Virus record (IMG/VR): IMGVR_UViG_3300017743_005089
Location: 36,971-100,970 of that record
Source: a virus
DNA: 64,000 nucleotides
Reading direction: 5' to 3' (one strand)
The notes below the pieces were generated by a model. It was given only the letters and a program-made list of their open reading frames with translations, did no database searches and was not told where the DNA came from. The position numbers were made by a program, and so were the translations under genes. Below are positions 38,627-48,300 of this stretch, piece after piece. Position 1 is the first letter of the stretch. Each line of letters starts with the position of its first letter.

Positions 38627-41515
38627 ATGGCTGAAAATAAAAAAATTACCGAATTAACTTCAGCAACTCCTTCAGGAGGCTTTGCTTTTGTTGTAGCTAC
38701 AGGTCAAGACAATTATAGAGTTTCTTATAAAGATTTATCTGAACAAAGCTCTATAGATGCTAAAACAGGATCTTTTTTAGATACTTTAACAATCAGCGGA
38801 ACCCAAGTATTGACTGGAGTTGCCGATGACCCTGCATTTCAAGACTTACAAGATCAAGTTGATCAAGGTGGCGGAGGCGGTGGAGGCGGCATAGATACCA
38901 GTACATTTGTATTTTTTTCAGATGCAGATAATTTAAACGGTTCAATATTCAAAACCTATCATTCTACTCCTACATCTGACACTCATCTTTCAGGGGTAAC
39001 AGTTGACAATACCAATGATATAAAGTTAAATATTAGATGGGATGGGCCATCTAATGATTATATGGGTACTGGCTATATTGACGGACAACAAATACCCTTA
39101 GAAAATATAGTTGAGCTTGGAGACAAAACAAGAAGATTTGAGGGCTATCTAGATAATTTAAATCTACAGGGCAAAACATCAATTGTAGCAGAAGCTAATG
39201 GGGCGACTGCAGAATTAAACTTTTCGAGTCTTGGCGCTGGACCTCAGCCTTCTTCTGTTATTATTGATGATATAACTAATGCCACTCCAGTCCAAGGCCA
39301 AGAATTAGGAACAACTTCTTTAAAAGCTGGAGACACAATAAACGTTTTTGTTGATTTTGATTTTTCTCAATACCCTGATCAACTTCAAAAACCAACTGAA
39401 ATTAAAGTTTTTAATTATGAGCTAGCAGAAGAGATAGAATACGACACTTACAACTTTGTAAATACCAATGGAGATATTCATAGAGCTACGATTCCAGTTA
39501 CCGTTTCCAACAATTCTGGAGATTTAAATGTTAGAGTTGTAGCTAAAAATGGAATAGGTACAATAGGCACAATTACAACTTCTTCTAATACGGTAAATGT
39601 AGACCAAGTGTATCCTGCGATTTCCATATCTGCACCTTCTTCTTATAATGGTAGAACAGATGGCTTAAGGCAAGGCGAGAACACGTCATTTTCTAATACT
39701 ATTTCTAATTTTGACCCTTCTTCTGGGGATACAGTTTCTTATACTATTATAGGATCTGAAATATCCATAAATGACCCCGCTACATATACAACTCAAAAAA
39801 CGGTCCAATATGTGCAGGGTATATTTTCTAATTCACCAAATGTAAATGTAGAAGCATTAAAAGTTTCAAATGGCTCCAAAAGTTCAGCTCAAACAACTGT
39901 CAGGGTTGCAAATGGACCTGTAATAAATACTTTGTCTATTGATACTAATTCAGTTTCAGCTCAGTCTCCAAATATTGCTGGAACTGGTGCTGTAAAAGGC
40001 GGTGACACAATAAATCTTTTAGCGCAAATTGATACAAATGGAATTTCTCAAAACAATATTTCAATTCAAGTATATAATGAAGGCATCTCTAATTTAGTAA
40101 ATTTCAGCAATTTCTCTAGCATTCTGCTTGGAGGAGATGTTTATCGATACACTATACCAGTAACTGTAACATCTAGCAGGAATGGATCTCTCACCGCTAA
40201 AATTATATGTAGAAATAATTACGGAACTCTTAGCGATGATCGTACCAGTTCCGACAATTATACAGTAGATAACGTTTACCCAAGTGCTTCCATAATATCA
40301 AAATCTTATCCTGCACTCAATGCGTCTACTAAAAATTATACTTTAACAGCAAATGGATCTTCAGACTATGTTTTTGCTGGAGACGCAACTGGTAATGATC
40401 CAACTCTAAACGTTAATGTTGGTGACACGCTTGTTTTTCAAAATAATACAGGCAGTCATCCTTTAGCGATAAAAGATTCTAGCAATTCTGACGTGGCAAC
40501 CCAATCTGGAACATCCTTGAACTGGACCCCAACTTCCGCTGGAACATATACTTATTATTGCGTCTCCCACCCTGGCAGCATGCTTGGAACTATTACCGTT
40601 TCATCTGTCCAGTCATTCCAACAAGCTATTAAATCTAGCGAGTCAGCCGTTGTCACAAATACTGCTTCAGGTTTTGATCAAATAGAATACTCTAGTCAAT
40701 CAAACCAGCTAACCATATCTAATCCAACAACCTTTGAAGGGCAAAAAACCGTTACATATAATAGCGGAAATTACAATATATCTTCAAACAATTTTCAAGT
40801 TAAAGCCACCAAGACTTCTAATGGAGCCGTAGTTATAGCAAATTCTAATGTAAAAATTGCTAACACTCCAATAGTTCTTTCTATTCAGAATCTAGCTTCA
40901 ACTCTTGATAGTTCTGTGGTCGGAATGACTGATGATTTTACACTGCATGGAACTCAAAACTTCCTATCAATACCATCGCTATCTACCGACGCATCTCAAA
41001 ATCCAGTCTCATCCTTATCGATTATAAGTTCTGGAACAAATCAATCTAGCAATACATTTAGAATAACAGTGAAAGATGTTGACCAAAAAGGTCAATTCAA
41101 CTGGCAAGCATCTTCTTTTAATTTAGCTAATATACCAACAACTATTATAGCAAATAATCCAAATTATAATTTAGCTGGATTTCAGCCAAGAGATATTTTT
41201 GCAGGTCCAAACAGTCTGGCTCAGGGTCTAGCGCCAATAGGAACTACAGTTTCAAATACCTCGAATTTAGTTTTGGAAAATGTTAGTAAAGGAGGTTCTG
41301 GACCAAATGGTGGAACAATGTTTACCTATAAATCTTATACAGACGGAATTCAATTAGATGCAAGCTATGATGAAGCAGATCACTTCACCGTTTGTAATTC
41401 TAATGGAGTCACAGACTCCCAAGGTGATTATGCTTTCAACCTAGACCTAAGTAATAGATCAGCTAATACCAGTACCGCAAATCCTGCTAAATTTATAATC
41501 CAAGAAACTATTTAA
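38627..41515 (+). CDS. Large virion/fibre protein with duplicated beta modules and an inserted cupredoxin domain
   Basis: KKITEL N-terminus, poly-Gly linker, internal repeat, H...YCVSHPGSM. Confidence 0.7.
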   Translation: MAENKKITELTSATPSGGFAFVVATGQDNYRVSYKDLSEQSSIDAKTGSFLDTLTISGTQVLTGVADDPAFQDLQDQVDQGGGGGGGGIDTSTFVFFSDADNLNGSIFKTYHSTPTSDTHLSGVTVDNTNDIKLNIRWDGPSNDYMGTGYIDGQQIPLENIVELGDKTRRFEGYLDNLNLQGKTSIVAEANGATAELNFSSLGAGPQPSSVIIDDITNATPVQGQELGTTSLKAGDTINVFVDFDFSQYPDQLQKPTEIKVFNYELAEEIEYDTYNFVNTNGDIHRATIPVTVSNNSGDLNVRVVAKNGIGTIGTITTSSNTVNVDQVYPAISISAPSSYNGRTDGLRQGENTSFSNTISNFDPSSGDTVSYTIIGSEISINDPATYTTQKTVQYVQGIFSNSPNVNVEALKVSNGSKSSAQTTVRVANGPVINTLSIDTNSVSAQSPNIAGTGAVKGGDTINLLAQIDTNGISQNNISIQVYNEGISNLVNFSNFSSILLGGDVYRYTIPVTVTSSRNGSLTAKIICRNNYGTLSDDRTSSDNYTVDNVYPSASIISKSYPALNASTKNYTLTANGSSDYVFAGDATGNDPTLNVNVGDTLVFQNNTGSHPLAIKDSSNSDVATQSGTSLNWTPTSAGTYTYYCVSHPGSMLGTITVSSVQSFQQAIKSSESAVVTNTASGFDQIEYSSQSNQLTISNPTTFEGQKTVTYNSGNYNISSNNFQVKATKTSNGAVVIANSNVKIANTPIVLSIQNLASTLDSSVVGMTDDFTLHGTQNFLSIPSLSTDASQNPVSSLSIISSGTNQSSNTFRITVKDVDQKGQFNWQASSFNLANIPTTIIANNPNYNLAGFQPRDIFAGPNSLAQGLAPIGTTVSNTSNLVLENVSKGGSGPNGGTMFTYKSYTDGIQLDASYDEADHFTVCNSNGVTDSQGDYAFNLDLSNRSANTSTANPAKFIIQETI

Positions 41516-41519
41516 AATT

Positions 41520-43043
41520 ATGGGAGCTTTTGAAGATTTTGTAAACGCCAACTTAGGTTTAAGAAAACCTATGATACAGGACAATGTTCCTCCTTCTCAA
41601 AGCTCTTTAGCAGCAGGTCAACCAGGATCACACTTTTTAGATACTAATACAAATTTTTTGTACGAAAAAACTGGTTATGGATCTACTGATTGGGTAAAAA
41701 TTGCTGAGTACCTAGGCCAACCAAGAGGTGGCAAGCCTAGCGGAATAGAAGGCTCCATACAATTTAATAGTGGGGAAAAATTTGCAGGTGTTAGTGATTT
41801 TTTATATTCTTCTCAAGAAAGCGTCTTAAGCGGCGTCAGTGGTAGGTTTGAATATATGCATATTGACCACGTTACTGGAGAAACTGGTCATTTTAAAGAA
41901 GAGTTAATTATCGGTGATCAAAATGCCCCAGCAAGTGATGACGTTTTTGTGGTAGACGAAGGCAATATTGAGGCGGCTGGAAAAGCTAATTTTTCTGGAC
42001 CTGTTTTTGCTCCAACACTTCGGTCGGATAATTTCTATGTTTCTGGAGATGGTCATATTTCAGGAGATCTACACATTGATGGCACGGCATTCATACACGA
42101 GTTAACAGATCAAACTTTTGCTGGAACCATACAAGGGTACACAGCAGTATTTCAAGAAGATCTTTTGCTAGGATCTAATCAGATAAACGTAGAAGATAGC
42201 TTAAATTATGTGAGCGGCAAAGTAGATACGGTCAGTGGAAATCTTGATACGGTCAGTGGAAATCTTAATACGGTCAGTGGAAATCTTGATACGGTCAGTG
42301 GAAATCTTGATACGGTCAGTGGAAACCTTGATACGGTCAGTGGAAACCTTGATACGGTTAGTGGAAACCTTGATACGGTCAGTGGAAACCTTGATACGGT
42401 TAGTGGAAACCTTGATACGGTCAGTGGAAATCTTGATACGGTTAGTGGAAATCTTAATACTACTGGTCAAAATTTACTATCCCAAATAGGTTCCTCATCT
42501 TCGTCTTTATGGACTGAAGGATCTAATAACGATATTTATTACAATAATGGTAAAGTAGGGATTGGAACGATTACCCCAAGTGCAAGGCTAGAAATTGTTG
42601 GCCCATCTGAAATATCACAATTTTTTAATGCTTACAACAATGGCGCAGGCGGCGCAACGTTTTCACGGGTAGCTAACGTCTCTCCATACAATCATTTTAT
42701 ATTCCAAAATGGGTTTGTAGGAATTGGTACTGGAAATCCTACATCAGAACTTTATGTTCATACTACAAGAGATGGAGTGGCCGCTTCTGAGGGTGGAGAT
42801 TCTGAAATAATACTTGATACTGGATCAGGTAGCGTAATTGGGAAAAATTCCATAATTAATAGTTATAGGTTTAACGCAGATTTAGTATTGAAAGTCAATA
42901 ATGCAGACGCCTTAATATTAACACGCGATGGAAAAGTTAAACTTATAGGAAAGCTAGACGATGGAACAGGTTCCACCATAGATAATTTATTGCAAACAAT
43001 TTCAGAACTGGAGAGTAGAATTTCAGCGTTAGAAAATGCTTAA
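41520..43043 (+). CDS. Tail fibre protein
   Basis: G.IQFN..G.F.G, heptad tandem repeat, two VGIGT..P...L repeats, C-terminal coiled coil. Confidence 0.75.
   Translation: MGAFEDFVNANLGLRKPMIQDNVPPSQSSLAAGQPGSHFLDTNTNFLYEKTGYGSTDWVKIAEYLGQPRGGKPSGIEGSIQFNSGEKFAGVSDFLYSSQESVLSGVSGRFEYMHIDHVTGETGHFKEELIIGDQNAPASDDVFVVDEGNIEAAGKANFSGPVFAPTLRSDNFYVSGDGHISGDLHIDGTAFIHELTDQTFAGTIQGYTAVFQEDLLLGSNQINVEDSLNYVSGKVDTVSGNLDTVSGNLNTVSGNLDTVSGNLDTVSGNLDTVSGNLDTVSGNLDTVSGNLDTVSGNLDTVSGNLDTVSGNLNTTGQNLLSQIGSSSSSLWTEGSNNDIYYNNGKVGIGTITPSARLEIVGPSEISQFFNAYNNGAGGATFSRVANVSPYNHFIFQNGFVGIGTGNPTSELYVHTTRDGVAASEGGDSEIILDTGSGSVIGKNSIINSYRFNADLVLKVNNADALILTRDGKVKLIGKLDDGTGSTIDNLLQTISELESRISALENA
42225..42455 (+). repeat. 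11 x 21-bp tandem repeat encoding (D/N)TVSGNL
   Basis: Near-identical GATACGGTCAGTGGAAATCTT units over 231 bp. Confidence 0.95.
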
Positions 43044-43053
43044 TTTTTAAATT

Positions 43054-45339
43054 ATGGGTGGCAAAAGTTTAGTACCAAGAAATAGCGGAGAAGGAGGGAT
43101 AGGTAAATCCGACACCTGGTGGGGCACGGGTTATTTTAATAATATTTATTGTGACACTGGCTACTTCGGCGATGAGCTGCTTCTTTCAGGCAGGGATGTT
43201 ATGGAAATTATTGACACCACCGTTGAAGAAAAAATAGAAGAAGTAGGTGGCGGTCCAAGGTGGGAAAGAGCAGAAACAGAAGGGAATATTTACTTCCTAA
43301 GTAATGTCGGTATAAATAACACCAACCCATCTGAAAAGCTAGATATTTCAGGTAGCGTTTTAATTTCAAATAATTTAACTGTAAGTAATTTACTTTCAGG
43401 TAGGTCTATAAATACACAAAGTTTGTCTATTAGTGGGACAGGTTTCAGTATAGTTGCCAAAGATTTAAGTCTGGACATATTGAAGGCTGGCAGCAATGTC
43501 TTCATAGAAAAAGACGAACTTCGTAGAACTGCAAAAATTCACACCTTGCATGAGCCTATAGATGAAGCCGCCGAAAGTACATCGAATACTAATAGAACTT
43601 ATGTGCAGAATATTGATCTTGATGAATATGGGCATATCATAAACATAACAACCGAAACTGAAACAGGTATAGACACCCAAAGAACTGATGATGATATAAA
43701 AGATATTGGAACTGGATTAATTGAAGAAGGCGCAAATATCACTATAGATAAAAATGCTACAAATAAAACTTTAACTTTAAATTCGCATCATCCAGTCGTA
43801 CCTAGGTCTCTAGAGAATTCTAATAATGAAGGTAGGGACTACATTCAAAATATTAAATTTGATGACTACGGACATGTCACAGGTTTAGAAATAGGAACTG
43901 AAACTATAACATCTTCACAAGTTCTTTCTGATATACGGGCTGGAGATAATGTTCGAATTTTAGAAAACAATAATGATGGAATAGATATTTTTTCAGATCA
44001 TCCAGCTACAGAAAATGTCGCAGGGTCAACACATAACCTTTTTGAAAGTAGACTTTACATAAAAGACATAAAACTTGATGAATTTGGTCACGTAACTGGA
44101 ATTTCTTCAGAAGCAGAAACGATCACTGTCGCTGATTTAAGCGACTATGTAACAAACAAATTAGTTGCGGGCGATAATATAGATTTAAACAACCATAGAG
44201 AGTTCATTAATTATAATTCTTCATTTAACTTTTCAAACTTAGATTCTAATTCTGATTTTCTATACTTTGGCGAAGGCACTGCTTGGCAAGATCCTATAAA
44301 TGGATTTTTTGTAGATTTTGGAGGTGGTAATGGTCACGACACTTTTGTTTCAGATGGAGAATCTGGATTATCTATAAATTATGAAAGCGCAAGCGTTACA
44401 ATATCTCAAAGTAGTCCATTAGTTAATAACGGCGTTCCCCCAGTATCATTATCTGGTCAGTATACAAGTTATATAGAAACAGATAGAGTATCTATTTCCT
44501 CTTCCCATGTTATCGTTAATAATGTTCCACCAAGTTCTAATAATCAAAACAGAACTTATATTCAAAATATAGATTTAGATGAGTTTGGGCACGTTAACGG
44601 CTTATCTGTTGGAACAGAATCATTTACTAAAAAAACAGACTCAGAAATCACAGATTTAGTTTACAATTTACTATCGGGAGGAGACAATATTTCTATAAAT
44701 AAAGATGACGCCAATAAAACTGTCACCATAAATTCCTCGCACATAAATATTAGCAGCCCTGCAACGAACACTAATAATTCAGGAAGGCAATATATTCAAG
44801 ATATAACTTTTGATAGTTACGGACATGCTAAATCAACTAGCTCTTCTAGTGAAAGAACTAACTCGCAAATAATCAATACAGTAGGATCGGCTTTAGTTGC
44901 TGGGGACAATATAACTATAGACACAAACACTACTGATAAAATTAAAATAAATTATGATTTAGCTAGTGAAATTCTAGAATCTGCTTATCCAGTTGGTAGC
45001 ATATATATATCCGTCAGTAACGCTAACCCTCAATTGACTTTTGGGGGCACTTGGGTTAGATTTGCGGAAGGAAGATGCCTTATTGGTTTAGATTCAAACG
45101 ATCCTGACTTTAATAATATATCTGAAACTGGTGGATCAAAAACCCACGCCCTGAATATAAACGAAATGCCCGCTCATAATCATGGAGCTACACCAGAATT
45201 CAACAATGCTTCTTCCAGGGGTACGCTCTCCTCAAACTTTAGTCTGGATGGCTCAAATATTATTGCTGCGGGAGGCGGTGCGCCTCATAATAATATGCAG
45301 CCATATATTGTCGTAGCCATGTGGAAGCGTACAGCATAA
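43054..45339 (+). CDS. Tail fibre protein with repeats and C-terminal collar-like domain
   Basis: Five (R)TYIQ.I..D.(Y/F)GH repeats; YPVGSIY, GGSKTH.L...EMP.HNH, PHNNMQPY..MWKR. Confidence 0.78.
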   Translation: MGGKSLVPRNSGEGGIGKSDTWWGTGYFNNIYCDTGYFGDELLLSGRDVMEIIDTTVEEKIEEVGGGPRWERAETEGNIYFLSNVGINNTNPSEKLDISGSVLISNNLTVSNLLSGRSINTQSLSISGTGFSIVAKDLSLDILKAGSNVFIEKDELRRTAKIHTLHEPIDEAAESTSNTNRTYVQNIDLDEYGHIINITTETETGIDTQRTDDDIKDIGTGLIEEGANITIDKNATNKTLTLNSHHPVVPRSLENSNNEGRDYIQNIKFDDYGHVTGLEIGTETITSSQVLSDIRAGDNVRILENNNDGIDIFSDHPATENVAGSTHNLFESRLYIKDIKLDEFGHVTGISSEAETITVADLSDYVTNKLVAGDNIDLNNHREFINYNSSFNFSNLDSNSDFLYFGEGTAWQDPINGFFVDFGGGNGHDTFVSDGESGLSINYESASVTISQSSPLVNNGVPPVSLSGQYTSYIETDRVSISSSHVIVNNVPPSSNNQNRTYIQNIDLDEFGHVNGLSVGTESFTKKTDSEITDLVYNLLSGGDNISINKDDANKTVTINSSHINISSPATNTNNSGRQYIQDITFDSYGHAKSTSSSSERTNSQIINTVGSALVAGDNITIDTNTTDKIKINYDLASEILESAYPVGSIYISVSNANPQLTFGGTWVRFAEGRCLIGLDSNDPDFNNISETGGSKTHALNINEMPAHNHGATPEFNNASSRGTLSSNFSLDGSNIIAAGGGAPHNNMQPYIVVAMWKRTA

Positions 45340-45351
45340 CTTTAATTAGAT

Positions 45352-48300
45352 ATGCCCACTCAAAATTTTCTACCAAGCTCTAGCGGTGAAAACTCCTTAG
45401 GGGCTTCAGATCTAAAATTTTCTGATGGTTACTTTAATTCTGGCGCTTTTGAGTCAGGAATAATAGCCGAGGCTTTTTACCTTAGAAGCAAGTTGTATCC
45501 CCATAGCTTTCTGACCATTGATGGTTTAGTTGAAGAATCCTCAGATATAAATGTTGAAAAATATTTAAATTTCCCAAAATGGAAAAGCGGAATAAATGAA
45601 GGAGGAACATTAAGCGCCGAAAACATATACAGAAATGAAAATGTCGGAATTGGCACAGATGATCCGTCCGAAAGATTACATGTACAGGGTAATTCATCAA
45701 TCACAGGAGATGTCACCGTCAAAAATTTTATGTTTTTATCTTCTTTGGATTCTGAAGATTTTTCTCTTGGCAACGAGGATTTAATTGAAAAAACAAATGA
45801 TGCGTCTGCTTCAATATATAGAGAATCCCCAACTACTTCTTTAGTTAAAAATGATGGATTAAATTTGGTTAGGTTATCCTCGCTTCACCCCCTTGTTGTT
45901 TCTGAATTCTCCAGTTCAAACAATGGTAGGTCCTATATACAGAACATAGACTTGGACAGATACGGCCATGTTACTGGACTGTCTAGCAGTCGAGAATCGT
46001 TTATCGACACTCAAGTTAGAAAAGAAAAAGTTGAAGATTTAATTGAATCTACTATTTTAAATGGTAATGAAATATCAATTATAAAAAACTCCAAAGGAAG
46101 ATTAGTTGTAAATTCAGAGCATACTTTCGTTAATTCTTGTGGAAATTCTTTTAATTCAGGCAGGACTTATTTGCAAAATTTATTTTTTGATGAATATGGC
46201 CATTGTGTATTATCCTCAAACTCTTTCGAAGATTTTGAAGCAATAGATGTTATACAGTTAATTACTGCTCAAGGAAATATGTCTTCTTCCTTGTCTAATA
46301 ATACGTTTACATTATCTTCTACTCATCCTAATGTATCTCCAGTTGCCTCTGATTCCAGTAACCCTTCAAGAACTTATATCCAAAATATTGAATTAGATGA
46401 ATTTGGACATGTATCAAGTTACTCTTCTAATTCTGAAACACTAACGATAGACGAAACTACTGATGAAATTTTAAGATTAAACCCTCCAGGAGACAATATC
46501 GAGATGGTAAAAATCGAACCATCAAATAGTATTTTAATATCTTCTAGCCATGAATCAATTTTGTCTTCAGTTAGCACAAATAACGCAGGCAGAACTTACA
46601 TAAAAGATATATCATTAGATCAATATGGCCATATTACGTCATTAAGTACTCATACTGAAACTTTTGAGCCAAGAACTGATTCTGAAATTATCAATTATGT
46701 CTCTAATAGCGCACTACAAGAAGGTTCAAATATAACTTTATCAGAGCTATCTCCATCGCCATTAAATGGTCCTCTTGATAATACTAATAGTTTCCCAAAT
46801 AATAAAACAATTCATTTGCAGCACACTTCACCCGATCTTTCAAGCATAATCAATCATGGCTCGATTAGCTATATATATTATTCGGGCATGGGTTTTGATC
46901 AACAAAATCTTCTCTTTAATCAAGGTGCGCTAAAATTTTCTGAAAATTCTTTTATAGCTCTTCCCTGGCAGGCTGCCTCATTCAGTAATGGAGAGAATTT
47001 TACGATTGACTTTTGGGTTCTAAAAGATTTTGTGAATTCACAATTTGACTACGAACACTTTATAGCTACACATAGCCCTGCAGTAAATCCAGGCTGGATT
47101 TTACAGTATCCAAATTGGTCTATAAGATTTAATACAAGCACTAGTGTTTTCGAATTTATATTTGGAAAAGGTAAAGTTTTAACCTCAGGAAGTTTTACTT
47201 TAAATAAATGGAATCACATAGCTATTGAAAGAAAAAATGGAACCATTCGTTTGTACCTTAATGGCGTATCGATCCAAGCGGCAACATACCCTGATGCCTT
47301 TAATGTTTTCGGTCTTAATGGCTCTCAGTTTCCAAATATCCCTAACACTGGGGGCAGCGGAAATTTTGAACTTGGAAATGTTGACGGAGTAGTTGGAGAT
47401 TATGGAAGCTTTAATGGTTATATCCAAGACTTTAGAATTATAAAAGGGGTGTCAGCTTATAACGGTGCTAATTTTAATCCTCAATTAATTATTTCGTCAA
47501 CTCATTCAACAAAAACAGTTGCGAAAAACAATCCAGGCTCTAATAGATTTATCCAAAATTTATCATTTGATAATCATGGCCACATCGAATCGATATCATA
47601 CAAAGAACGAACAACGGATGCAGAAATACTAGAAGCGTTCAGTGAATCTCTTAATCAGGGCACCGTTCAAACCTCTATAAATTCAAATAAAGATGAGCTT
47701 GAAATGTATGCGGTTGAAAAACTGCCAGATATTAAACCTCCTGGGTTTGTATATCTGACCGTTAATAATGATTTTGACCCAAATGATTTTAAAATAATCG
47801 TAAGTAGCGGAACTTCTAAAGTTTTGATATTATTAGATCATACAGATCCTCTAATTGATGGAGTGAACTCTAATACTATAGCTGAATTTAGTCTAAGTCC
47901 TGGGGCGACAAGAGTTGATTACATTTCTGGTGAAAATACATTAAAATTCTTGCTTAAATCTACATCCGATACTTTGTCTAGTTTTGCTGATGATTTTAAT
48001 AATATTATAGGCATGGGCCACGTAAAAACCTCTTTATTACAAGGGGGTGGCCAGGAAGATTTCCCTTTTGGCGAAACTTTTCCAGTCTCTCAAAACTTCC
48101 CAGGAAGTTGGTCTTTATTTGGCGCTGGCCAGACTTTGGTTGGCCAAGGTTCAGGTTATACTGCTGGTGATACTGGTGGATCAAAAACCCACACTTTGAC
48201 TGCAAGTGAAATGCCCATCCACAATCATGGCAATACGCCTATAATGGGCACCGATTTTGATGCTGCGGGAGGTGGATTAATAATGCATCTCAACTCTTCA

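Noticed and set aside
42225-42455. Possible CRISPR array
   Set aside because: Units are directly adjacent with no spacers and lie in frame within a CDS; the alternative-frame ORFs 42201-42470 and 42235-42489 are by-products of the repeat
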